A stretch of DNA of 62,293 nt, filler included. It is 6 parts of 6 records of this genome, joined end to end, with 100 filler letters (N's around TTAATTAATTAA, not from the genome) between each part and the next. Parts side by side here need not be neighbours in the genome. Positions count along the whole stretch, not along the records: positions 7,174 to 26,170 come from SRR31156797_8723; positions 26,271 to 33,034 come from SRR31156797_8725; 4 more parts are not named here. The stretch is one strand, 5' to 3'. Positions 19,959-29,073 of this stretch are shown piece by piece. Position numbers and translations under genes: made by a program. Under the pieces are notes generated by a model. It had not been told where the DNA came from and ran no database searches. It was given only the letters and a program-made list of their open reading frames with translations. Numbering within the stretch: the first letter of the stretch is position 1; the number at the start of each line of letters is the position of its first letter.

Positions 19959-21337
19959 CAAACGGTTTTGGAGTATCTTCGGGCTTGACGCCGGTACTCC
20001 GGATCGATGGCCGATGCGATATTCCGGATGAACAGCGCCCCGGCAGGGGTGACTGTAATTCCGTCCGGCGACAGCCCGATCAGTCCGTCATTAACAAATT
20101 CATCCAACGCTTGTTCGTCAGGCCTGATGATTTTGAGAAGTTCACCGGTTGAAATATCCAAACCTGCTGCCAGGTTTTCCCAGTTCATTTGCAGATTGCA
20201 CATCAGCGTATTGATGCCCTCGCGGATCACCTTTTGATCGAAGGTGAGTTTCAAGCCCTTTTCTACAGGAAGCCTCCCCTGCCCGATCGTATCGATATAG
20301 TCGTCGATTTCCTTCACATTTTGAACATACCCGCCGTCGAGTTGGCTGATGGCCGATACACCAAAAGCATACACCTGTCCGGTTGTGCGGCGGGTGCAAT
20401 AACCCTGGAAATTACGGTGAAGCTGGTTGTTTTTCAGGGCCACATACAGCTCGTCCATTGGCAACACATAATGATCAAGGCCTATGGGCTGGTAGCCAGC
20501 CTCCTGCAAAACTTCACCGGAAGCCAGGAACATGTCCATCTTTTCATCTGCCGAAGGCAATCCACGCTTGTCCAGTATCTTTTGGTTGGGCTTCATCCAG
20601 GGAACATGGGCGTATGAGAAAGTCACCAGCCGGTCGGGCCGGATGCGGGCGGCTTTGCGGATGGTTTCGCTGAAACTGCTTACGGTTTGACCGGGAAGGC
20701 CATAAATGAAATCGAGGTTCACACTGATCTGTTCATCCCCCGATTTGATGTATCCGATCAGCTCTTCCACCGGCATGGCCGAAGGATCGCGGTTCACGCC
20801 CTTCAACACATCTGCATCAAAATCCTGGATACCAAGGCTGAACCGGTTGAAACCTGCTGATTTGAGATCGTCGATGTACTTATTATTCAGGTATGCCGGG
20901 TTGCATTCGATGGCGATCTCTGGCTGTTCGATAAACTGAAAGCGATCGAAAAAAATCCTGTTGATTTCTGCGATCATTTTTGACGGAATGGCATTGGGCG
21001 TGCCGCCGCCGTAGTGGATCTGTGAAACAAGGCGTTTTTTACCGATCCTTTCCGTCACCATCCCGATTTCCTTTTTCAGTGCATCAATATAGGGCTCCAC
21101 AAGTTTGCCGCTGCCAATGTTACAGGCATTGCATCCGCAGTAAAAACAAAGCTTAGTGCAAAACGGGATGTGGATATAAAAAGCGATGTGTTCCGGTTCC
21201 CCCTGGTTGGAGGCATCCAGCAACGCCAGGGCGCTAACTTCCGAAAATCCGTCTGTAAAATGGTTGGCCGGCGGATAGCTGGTGTAGCGTGGCACCGGCA
21301 TATTATACTTTTCGAGTAATTCAGGGTTAAATTTCAT
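19958..21337 (-). CDS. hemN: Oxygen-independent coproporphyrinogen III dehydrogenase
   Basis: PRYTSYP, YIHIPFCTKLCFYCGC, GGGTP and HRNFQGY (signature of true HemN rather than HemW). Confidence 0.95.
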   Translation of the reverse strand: MKFNPELLEKYNMPVPRYTSYPPANHFTDGFSEVSALALLDASNQGEPEHIAFYIHIPFCTKLCFYCGCNACNIGSGKLVEPYIDALKKEIGMVTERIGKKRLVSQIHYGGGTPNAIPSKMIAEINRIFFDRFQFIEQPEIAIECNPAYLNNKYIDDLKSAGFNRFSLGIQDFDADVLKGVNRDPSAMPVEELIGYIKSGDEQISVNLDFIYGLPGQTVSSFSETIRKAARIRPDRLVTFSYAHVPWMKPNQKILDKRGLPSADEKMDMFLASGEVLQEAGYQPIGLDHYVLPMDELYVALKNNQLHRNFQGYCTRRTTGQVYAFGVSAISQLDGGYVQNVKEIDDYIDTIGQGRLPVEKGLKLTFDQKVIREGINTLMCNLQMNWENLAAGLDISTGELLKIIRPDEQALDEFVNDGLIGLSPDGITVTPAGALFIRNIASAIDPEYRRQARRYSKTV

Positions 21338-22532
21338 TGATATCTTTCTTTCTGTAAGCAAATATAACGATAAACAGCGCAGCCACACCCAGCAGGGCTT
21401 CACCGAGGAAAAGGCCGTCGTAGCCGATCTTGTCGCCCACATGACCGCTCATTACGGCAATGATCAGTCCGCTCAGGTGGGTGATCACGATCTGCACCGT
21501 AAAATCGGTCCCCTCGCGGCCCTTTCGCACCACATCCATCGACGTGGTATAGATGGCCACTGTGCTCAGCCCGTAGGCACCCCACAGCAGGCAGATGCCA
21601 AGATAGATACTGATTAGCGGCGGTTCACTGCCGGTCATCGCATAAAAATATACTGCCGCAATGATATTGATCAGTGCAAACAGAAACAAGGAAGTGCGCC
21701 TGCCGATCTTTTTTACGATCAGTCCGGCAGCCAGCGCAGCAAGTGCCGCCACTGAAGTTCCCACAATCCCCGACATGAATCCGATCTCTTTGGCCGTATA
21801 GCCAAGATCGACCATCCAGGGCTTAAGCATAGCCAGGATGCCGATGATGCCGGAATAGTAAAACACCAGGATCAGCACGCGGCGGTACATGCCCGGGATG
21901 GCAAAGAAACGGTAAATATCGACCAGGGTTACGCGGGGCTTGTCCACTTTTTCGCGCTGCCCTGCGGGTTTGTACAAAACCAGCGGTATCAATGCAAAGG
22001 CCACGAATGCCGCAAGCAAGAACAGCAGCCATTCCCAGCCAAAATAGTAATAAGCGATCAGCAACACACCGGTGCCCAGCAGGCTGCCGGTGAAGCTTCC
22101 CGCCGACTGCATGCTGTTGCCCAGCCCGCGCTCAGCTGGTCTCAGGATGACGATGGCAAAAGCGTCGGTGGCGATGTCCTGGGTGGCCGACGCCATGAAG
22201 GCCAAAACCAGCAACACCACGATAAGCCGGAAATCTGTTTGCAGGTCGAAATGGGCGATGCTCACGATCACTGCGGCATAAAACAATTCCGACACCACAA
22301 TCCAGGCACGGAGTTGCCGCTTGTTCCTGGCTTTATTGTCAACCAGCGGCGCCCAAAGGAATTTCACGATCCAGGGCAGCTTTACCAGTTGCAGCAGGCC
22401 GATGGACTCCAGCGAGTAATTCTCCTGACGCATGATCACCGGGACCACCGTGGAGAAAAAACTCATCGGCACCGCCTGTGCGATGTAAAGACTGAAAAGG
22501 ACCGGAAACTTCGGCCACTGCTTGTTTTTCAT
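21327..22532 (-). CDS. MFS transporter (AmpG/RhtX/FptX-like)
   Basis: LYIAQAVP, LPWIVKFLWAPLVD, SATQDIATDA, EGTDFTVQ; many hydrophobic segments. Confidence 0.88.
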   Translation of the reverse strand: MKNKQWPKFPVLFSLYIAQAVPMSFFSTVVPVIMRQENYSLESIGLLQLVKLPWIVKFLWAPLVDNKARNKRQLRAWIVVSELFYAAVIVSIAHFDLQTDFRLIVVLLVLAFMASATQDIATDAFAIVILRPAERGLGNSMQSAGSFTGSLLGTGVLLIAYYYFGWEWLLFLLAAFVAFALIPLVLYKPAGQREKVDKPRVTLVDIYRFFAIPGMYRRVLILVFYYSGIIGILAMLKPWMVDLGYTAKEIGFMSGIVGTSVAALAALAAGLIVKKIGRRTSLFLFALINIIAAVYFYAMTGSEPPLISIYLGICLLWGAYGLSTVAIYTTSMDVVRKGREGTDFTVQIVITHLSGLIIAVMSGHVGDKIGYDGLFLGEALLGVAALFIVIFAYRKKDINEI

Positions 22533-22535
22533 TAA

Positions 22536-24635
22536 TTAGAACCTCACCGAAAGATTTACACCAAAGCGCATGGGCTTGCCCACCTGCACGTATTCATTCC
22601 CCAACGCATCAAAGTAAAATGCATTGTAATCGGCACCAAACAGGTTCTTGCTCCATACATCGAACTGAAATGCGCCTTTGATGAACGACACTTTCGCGTC
22701 AACCAGACCGTAGTAGTCCTGCGAGCGGGTGTTCTCCTCGTTCCAGAAAATCTCCCCTGCACCGCGGTACTGGAGGTTGAACCGCATCTTGTCGAGCAGC
22801 GTCGAATGCTGCAGGAAAACCACCTTACTCAGTTGAACGCCTACGGTATGACGCGGCACATAAGGAATGAAATTTCCGCTGTGGCTGGTGGTTGAATCCA
22901 CTTCATACGAAAGAAATTCTGCGTTGGTATAGCCATAGGTTACCAGCGCTTGGTAGCCTTTCACCGGAACGGTTTTAAGCGTCACCTCCACGCCCCTGCT
23001 CACCGAGTGGCCGGCATTTTTCAGCATGGAGCCGCGACCGCTGGGAACGGTCTGGTAAATCTGCTGGTTGCGCCAGTCGATGTAAAACAGCGCCAGCTCG
23101 GCATGCAGCCGGTTGTCGATGAGCTGGGTTTTGATGCCCGCTTCATAGTTCCAGCTGTATTCCGGTTCGAAGGTCAGGTCCTGCGGCCGCTCAAAAGTGG
23201 AATTGAAACCGCCGGTTTTATACCCCTTGGCCACAGTCGCGTAAAGGTTGGTCCTGCCAAGCTGGTAGTTGATGGCCACCTTGGGCAGCACCTCGAAGAA
23301 ATCCATGGATGGATAAGTGGTGTCGGCCAGGTTGGTGAGGTTGTCGTTTTTTTCCATGTCGTAGGTGTAATCGAGCACGTCCTTTTCATAATCCACGCGG
23401 ATACCGGCAGTTAACGAAAGCCCGTCCACCAGGAAATCGTTCAGGGTGGACTGATGGAAAAACGCATAGCCGCCGATGTTGTGATCGTAACGCTTGAACA
23501 GCTTCATGCCGGAAGCGTACACATCCACATCCACGCCCCTGTCGAACGACTGGAGGAATCCGTAGGCTCCCACCAGCCAGTTGTATTTTTTCTCACCCGT
23601 GGAGCGGGCGATTAGTTCCTGCGACAGCATGTGTTGTTTTTGCCGCTGCTCCACAAAATACAGTGAATCTTCGGTAAAATCCTGGTCGATATCCTGCACA
23701 TCATCCAGCAGTTGATAAGCCGTGGTGGATACGATCTCGAAGCGGTCGCCGCTGTATGTGGCCACAAGCGCATCCGAGAACAGGTCGCGGTCGTAGGTGC
23801 TATATTGATTATAGCTGATTTCTTCGGCCATGTTCAGCGAATCGTTATAAATGGCATAAGGATACCCGCCCTGGCGGCTGATCTCGAGTGATGCAATATT
23901 TTTAAGCGTGAAATTATCCGACAGCTTCCAGACCAGCTTATTGCGCAGACCCAGCGAATTGATTTCGTCCACTTTCTGACCATTATACTGGTTGGTGAAA
24001 TATCCGGCATTGTCCAGGTAATTCACAGCAAGGGAGTAGCCGAAGTTTTCCGAAATCTTTCCGTAATGCCCGGCATTTATGTTGTAGGCGTTGTAGTTGC
24101 CTCCCGAAAGTTTGATGTGCGTTCCCTGGTATTCAAGCGGCGAAGCGGTAACGATATTCACGATGCCGCCCATGGTATTTCTTCCGTAAAGGGTTCCCTG
24201 CGGGCCGCGCAGAACCTCGATGCGTTCCACATCAAATAAATCGAAAGCGAATGCGGCTTTCTCGAAATACGGCACGCCATCCACGTACATGCCCACCGAC
24301 GGGGCATTGATACGCGAACCGATGCCGCGGATGTAAACCGGTGAGGTAAGTTTGGAGCCGTAATCGGGCATGAAGAAATTGGGGACAACCGCCGAGGCAT
24401 CCGACAGCGTATTTACCTCATTACGGCTGATGGCCTGGCCCGACAACACCGACACGGACGCCGGTATCTCACGCAGTTTCAGGTTGTCCCGGGAAGCGCT
24501 GATCCTTACTTCGCCAAGTTCTACTTCCAGCACCGCAGTGCTGTCGGTGGAGTTGACCACCGTTTGGGCAAATCCCCCCATTGCGAACATTACGTTCAAT
24601 ATGATGATGAATGAGCTTTTCAGTTTCATATTCAT
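22536..24635 (-). CDS. TonB-dependent outer-membrane receptor
   Basis: Signal peptide, plug motifs YIRGIG and IEVLRGPQGTLYGRN..GG, C-terminal Phe (NLSVRF). Confidence 0.95.
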   Translation of the reverse strand: MNMKLKSSFIIILNVMFAMGGFAQTVVNSTDSTAVLEVELGEVRISASRDNLKLREIPASVSVLSGQAISRNEVNTLSDASAVVPNFFMPDYGSKLTSPVYIRGIGSRINAPSVGMYVDGVPYFEKAAFAFDLFDVERIEVLRGPQGTLYGRNTMGGIVNIVTASPLEYQGTHIKLSGGNYNAYNINAGHYGKISENFGYSLAVNYLDNAGYFTNQYNGQKVDEINSLGLRNKLVWKLSDNFTLKNIASLEISRQGGYPYAIYNDSLNMAEEISYNQYSTYDRDLFSDALVATYSGDRFEIVSTTAYQLLDDVQDIDQDFTEDSLYFVEQRQKQHMLSQELIARSTGEKKYNWLVGAYGFLQSFDRGVDVDVYASGMKLFKRYDHNIGGYAFFHQSTLNDFLVDGLSLTAGIRVDYEKDVLDYTYDMEKNDNLTNLADTTYPSMDFFEVLPKVAINYQLGRTNLYATVAKGYKTGGFNSTFERPQDLTFEPEYSWNYEAGIKTQLIDNRLHAELALFYIDWRNQQIYQTVPSGRGSMLKNAGHSVSRGVEVTLKTVPVKGYQALVTYGYTNAEFLSYEVDSTTSHSGNFIPYVPRHTVGVQLSKVVFLQHSTLLDKMRFNLQYRGAGEIFWNEENTRSQDYYGLVDAKVSFIKGAFQFDVWSKNLFGADYNAFYFDALGNEYVQVGKPMRFGVNLSVRF

Positions 24636-24750
24636 TTGCTTTTAATTTGATCCGGTGCAAATCCGGAAATCATAAGCCGGCCCGGCAAGGCGCGGAAAAA
24701 ATGATAAATAGTATGGTTAAAGAAAAGTGGCCGGAAAATGGCCTGGTGAT

Positions 24751-25107
24751 TCAGGAAATGTGTGGCGGGGGACGTGAAAACAAATTAAAACACAAACACC
24801 CGGTAAGGGGTATTTCGCCGGAAGGTTCGGGAAGTCTCCAAGAGGCTGCGGGCAGCGGGACAGGCTCCGGGTCCGCGGCGGATGCTGCATGACAATCATC
24901 TGCGAGAAACTGATCAGGAGATACCTGCATCGTTTTCTGCGACGGGAGCGGTTGCCACGAAACCGTGTTTTCGGCGGCCTCTTCAGTTTCAACCGGCTCA
25001 ATTTCAGCGTTCAGCTTATTGTAGGTGTACACCCCGAGATACAGCACGTACATGACCGCGATGGTCAGATACGGGATGAACGAGGAAAATAAGCTAAACT
25101 GGAACAT
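24751..25107 (-). CDS. Small membrane-anchored leader protein ending in FSRPPP (candidate arrest peptide)
   Basis: N-terminal hydrophobic helix (FSSFIPYLTIAVMYVLYLGVY), acidic Pro/Ala-rich linker, C-terminal CLCFNLFSRPPPHIS; 115 nt upstream of the TonB receptor on the same strand. Confidence 0.65.
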   Translation of the reverse strand: MFQFSLFSSFIPYLTIAVMYVLYLGVYTYNKLNAEIEPVETEEAAENTVSWQPLPSQKTMQVSPDQFLADDCHAASAADPEPVPLPAASWRLPEPSGEIPLTGCLCFNLFSRPPPHIS

Positions 25108-25768
25108 ATGTCGATATTTAAATTCTTGCAAAGAAAATCAATTTGGATTTTAGGACAAAGGGAAAGTGCTCTATTTAGGTAATTTAGAACCGGTTTAAGC
25201 TAGTATAGGGATGGGTGGAAAAACCATTTAAAATGGTAACCCTACCCAAATCTCCCATTTTATAAAATAATTCAGGCATTCTCATGAAGCAGCATACTCA
25301 GGATCAGCCTGGAGGGTTACAAAGAGCAGAGTACAGAGCGAAGGTAAAATCAAATATTTGAGTTCATAGATCGGAAATCATACATCAAAGGGGCGTCAGA
25401 TATCCGAAGTATGATTTTTAATCTGCGATAAAACCCTGAAGCGATCAATGCCTGTTACATCGCCAGGTGCCACAGGCTAAGTACTGAGGAATCAGCTATC
25501 TTTTATTTAAAGTTTCGCTCCTTTATCAGCTTTTCCACGGCCTTATCCTTTTTAGAGTTTTCGATTATTTTGTAAGCTAAAAAATAGCGGAATCAACAAA
25601 AAAAATCGCGTGATTGTTTTGCAGCATGCATGATATCTTTTTGTAGGGCCGCACCAATTTATCCATCGCAAAATCCGGTTCCGGTTGAACCACCAGAACC
25701 GGCATTAATGCCGGGCTTTGAGATAGTGCCTAGTTGTTCGGGGATATTGTTTTGACTGGAATACGGTA

Positions 25769-26170
25769 CTACAATTCCTGCAAATCCTTTTTAAGATAAA
25801 TCATATCAACAAGTTGTATATCGCCCTCGAAAATGGGATGGTCATAGTTATCCGTAAAAAAATTCTTTACCCGGTGTGATACTTCGAATCCACAATTTTC
25901 ATAAAACGACAAAATCGCCGGTGTTTCGCCTGTCCCTACAAGCATTGTTTTGAAATCGTTTTTATAGAAATCAGCAATAAATTTTATCAATGCCCTGCCG
26001 TACCCTTTGCCCTGATATTTCTCGTAAGTTGCTATGTTTTTCAACTCGCAGGTTTTGCAATTTATTGGCAATACCACGCATACACTTTTCAAATCATCAT
26101 CAAACAAAGCAAACAAGTCTCCATCCGGTAAATACTTATCAATCATATTTTCCTGCTCGTCTGCCAACAA
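25769..26170 (-). CDS. GNAT family N-acetyltransferase (5'-partial)
   Basis: ELKNIAT..QGKGYG acetyl-CoA motif, FYENCGF; LLADE N-terminal motif cut by the spacer. Confidence 0.9.
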   Translation of the reverse strand: MLADEQENMIDKYLPDGDLFALFDDDLKSVCVVLPINCKTCELKNIATYEKYQGKGYGRALIKFIADFYKNDFKTMLVGTGETPAILSFYENCGFEVSHRVKNFFTDNYDHPIFEGDIQLVDMIYLKKDLQEL

Positions 26171-26270
26171 NNNNNNNNNNNNNNNNNNNNNNNNNNNNNN
26201 NNNNNNNNNNNNNNTTAATTAATTAANNNNNNNNNNNNNNNNNNNNNNNNNNNNNNNNNNNNNNNNNNNN
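26171..26270. other. Artificial contig spacer
   Basis: 44 N + TTAATTAATTAA + 44 N. Confidence 0.99.
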
Positions 26271-26405
26271 GCCGCCGGTGTGGGCGAACTGCCCCTGACC
26301 AGCCCCCATGCCTCCATCATTAACGGTATATACAACGCCTGCGGCGTCAGAATCACCCAGCTTCCGGCCAAGCCCGAAAAGGTCCTGGCGGGGCTTAACG
26401 GATAA
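26271..26405 (+). CDS. mop: C-terminus of a molybdopterin aldehyde oxidoreductase (Mop / xanthine oxidase family), 5'-partial
   Basis: Not in the ORF track. Translates AAGVGELPLTSPHASIINGIYNACGVRITQLPAKPEKVLAGLNG*, closely resembling the Desulfovibrio Mop C-terminus with the catalytic GVGE Glu. Confidence 0.88.
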   Translation, partial: AAGVGELPLTSPHASIINGIYNACGVRITQLPAKPEKVLAGLNG

Positions 26406-26464
26406 TGGATGCTTGAACTTTTGGTCAGCGACGTTTCAAGCTGAATCTTAACCCGGATTCTTCA

Positions 26465-26497
26465 GAACCGAGGGGTGAAAACCCCTTGGTTCATTTT
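26465..26497 (+). terminator. Stem-loop / probable terminator after mop
   Basis: GAACCGAGGGGT-GAAA-ACCCCTTGGTTC followed by ATTTT. Confidence 0.65.
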
Positions 26498-26541
26498 ATA
26501 TGACGGTTTGAAGGCATTCAGGAAAACGGATCGGTAAAATA

Positions 26542-28854
26542 GTGGATCAAGCGGAACTGAGGCAACTGGAAAAAAAGTGTATCCAGGAGGAGGCCCCCCC
26601 ATGCGTCGCCGCCTGCCCCATTCATGTGGACGCGCGTTCCTTTATGGGATTTGTTCGCAACGAAGCCTGGGACGACGCCTGGATGGTTTTGCGCAAAACC
26701 ATGCCTTTCCCCGGCATTCTGGGTCGAATCTGCGATGCCCCCTGTAAAGAACGCTGTCAACGGGGGGAGGCGGGGGACCCCGTTGAAATCGGCCTCTTGG
26801 AAAAGGTTTGCGTCTCAAAATACCCGCCCCATTTCAGATTGCCTCCCATCCTTTCAAAAGGAAAACGGGTCGCCGTCCTGGGTAGCGGCCTCATTGAATT
26901 GACCGTTGTGTGGGACCTGGCGAGAAAAGGTTATGAGGTAACGATCTTTGAACCGGGCCCATCTCTCGGAGGAAACCTGAGGGAACTTGCGCCTGAAATC
27001 CTTCCTCCGGAGATCATCGATCGGGAAACGGCCGTTCTGAACCGTCTGGGAGTCCAAATTTCATTGGAAGCGGCTGCGCCTTGGGAGAACCTTTTGGTGC
27101 AATTGAAGGACGATTTTGACGCGATCCATATGGGATCGGGCGCGGTTCGCGCCGTGCAATCCGGTTTTCGGAAAAACGCCCGCGGCAAACCCGACGCCGA
27201 AAGCCGTATGACCGGCATGGACGGTGTTTTTGCCTCTCCGTCGTCGGAAAAACGCTTTCAATCTCCCGTATGGCAAGCTGCGGAGGGACGTTTGATCGCA
27301 ACTTCCATGGACCGGTACCTTCAGAAGGTATCCATGACGGCGGGACGCGAAAAAGAGGGCCCTTACGCCACGAGACTCCATACGAACATGAAGGGCGTAT
27401 CCGAAGCACGGGCCGTTCAGCCCTTGGACCCGGACGAAGGTTACGCGGACCATGAAGCCGCCCTGGAAGCCCGCCGATGCCTGCAATGCGAATGTCTCGA
27501 GTGCGTAAAGGTCTGTCCCTATCTCGCCCATTACAACGGTTATCCTAAGAAATACGTTCGGGAAATATACAACAACGAATCCATCGTCATGGGAACGAGA
27601 CATGCAAACGGATTCATCAACTCGTGCAGTTTGTGCGGTCTTTGCCAACGGGTGTGCCCGGAAGATTTCCCCATGCAGGATGTCTGCATGAACGCTCGCG
27701 AAGGCATGGTCCAGCGAAACAAAATGCCGCCCTCGGCCCACGAGTTCGCCCTTCTGGATATGGCTTTCAGTCGGGGACCCCGGTTTTCCCTTGTGCGTCA
27801 TGAACCGGGGCATTCATCCAGCGCCTATCTTTTTTTCCCGGGATGCCAGTTGTGCGCGTCGTCGCCGGACAAGGTTTTCGAGACCTACCGCTATTTTCGC
27901 GGGAAGATCAGCGGCGGCGTGGGGCTGATGCTCGATTGCTGTGCCGCGCCCGCCCTTTGGTCGGGACGGAGGGGGGAATTTCAAGAGGCCCTGAACTCCC
28001 TTGAAGGGAAATGGACGGATTTGGGAAGTCCGACCATCGTAACCGCCTGCTCCACCTGCTTCAGCATGTTCCGCCATCATCTTCCGGAAATGAAGGTCTT
28101 ATCCCTCTGGGAGATGTTTTCCCATGTGGGTTTGCCGGATGGATCCCTTACGCCGTCCAAAGAAAAAATATTAGCGGTTCACGACCCGTGCACAACACGG
28201 GATGATCCTGAAATGCATCGTATAATAAGGTATCTGTTGAAACAACTTGGCGTTTCGGTTGAAGAACTTCCCTTGGCCGGTGAATTCACGGAATGCTGCG
28301 GTTTCGGGGGTCTGATGCAAAACGCCAACCCCGAGGTGGCAAAAAAGACGGTCCTCAACAGGGCCGGTCTCAGCCGGTCCGATTACGTGACTTACTGCGG
28401 CATGTGCCGGGACAACCTGGGCGCCGCCGGCAAAAGAACCGTTCACATTCTCGACCTCATATTCCCCGGGCCCCCAAGCATTGATCCCGCCTCCGAAAAA
28501 CCGCCCGGATGGTCCTTGCGCCAGGAAAACAGGGCGAGATTGAAGGGAAGGTTCAAGACGGAGATATGGAATGAAAGGATGTCCCCTATGGAAGCGCATC
28601 GTAACATAAATCTCATCATCTCTCCCGTGGTGGGCGATATTCTGGAGCGCCGCAGAATTCTGGAAGAGGACATTCAAAAGGTCATTTTTCATGCGGAGGA
28701 GACCGGCAATAAGTTTGAAAACAATGAAACTGGCCGTTTTAAGGCGTCACACAAACCCTATAGGGCCACCTTTTGGGTTGAATATGCTCCTTCGGAAGAC
28801 GGTTTTACCATTTATAACGCATACTCACACCGCATGGAGGCCATTCAAGCATGA
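26542..28854 (+). CDS. Fe-S oxidoreductase fusion: GltD-like dicluster + Rossmann-like + 2x[4Fe-4S] + two CCG domains (DVU_1558-like)
   Basis: CIQEEAPPCVAACP, LGRICDAPC..C, VAVLGSG, CLQCECLECVKVCP, CSLCGLCQRVCP, FPGC..CCAAP..ACSTC, HDPC..CCGFGG..YCGMC. Confidence 0.85.
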   Translation: MDQAELRQLEKKCIQEEAPPCVAACPIHVDARSFMGFVRNEAWDDAWMVLRKTMPFPGILGRICDAPCKERCQRGEAGDPVEIGLLEKVCVSKYPPHFRLPPILSKGKRVAVLGSGLIELTVVWDLARKGYEVTIFEPGPSLGGNLRELAPEILPPEIIDRETAVLNRLGVQISLEAAAPWENLLVQLKDDFDAIHMGSGAVRAVQSGFRKNARGKPDAESRMTGMDGVFASPSSEKRFQSPVWQAAEGRLIATSMDRYLQKVSMTAGREKEGPYATRLHTNMKGVSEARAVQPLDPDEGYADHEAALEARRCLQCECLECVKVCPYLAHYNGYPKKYVREIYNNESIVMGTRHANGFINSCSLCGLCQRVCPEDFPMQDVCMNAREGMVQRNKMPPSAHEFALLDMAFSRGPRFSLVRHEPGHSSSAYLFFPGCQLCASSPDKVFETYRYFRGKISGGVGLMLDCCAAPALWSGRRGEFQEALNSLEGKWTDLGSPTIVTACSTCFSMFRHHLPEMKVLSLWEMFSHVGLPDGSLTPSKEKILAVHDPCTTRDDPEMHRIIRYLLKQLGVSVEELPLAGEFTECCGFGGLMQNANPEVAKKTVLNRAGLSRSDYVTYCGMCRDNLGAAGKRTVHILDLIFPGPPSIDPASEKPPGWSLRQENRARLKGRFKTEIWNERMSPMEAHRNINLIISPVVGDILERRRILEEDIQKVIFHAEETGNKFENNETGRFKASHKPYRATFWVEYAPSEDGFTIYNAYSHRMEAIQA

Positions 28855-29063
28855 ACAGCGAACACGTGCAACCCGGCGATCTGCATTGGAAGTGCGCCAA
28901 ATGCGGATGCCGCCTTGAGGTGGGGCCGGTGGCGGTGGAGTACATGGGCGCCCGGTTCAACACGGACCTTGCCAAATGTCCCGAATGCGGTCTTGTTTTA
29001 ATAAACGAGGAGACGGCCCTGGGCAAGATGGCCGAAGCGGAACAGCTCCTGGAGGACAAGTAG
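28851..29063 (+). CDS. Small double-CxxC redox/zinc-ribbon protein (DVU_1557-like)
   Basis: WKCAKC...CPECG...EQLLEDK; ATGA overlap with the upstream gene. Confidence 0.85.
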   Translation: MNSEHVQPGDLHWKCAKCGCRLEVGPVAVEYMGARFNTDLAKCPECGLVLINEETALGKMAEAEQLLEDK

Positions 29064-29073
29064 CGATTTGGGC

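Noticed and set aside
25200-25768. 570-bp gap with a ~30-codon minus-strand stretch (..LAYKIIENSKKDKAVEKLIKERNFK*)
   Set aside because: No start codon in frame (stop immediately upstream), no recognisable family, and no convincing RNA structure or IS ends.
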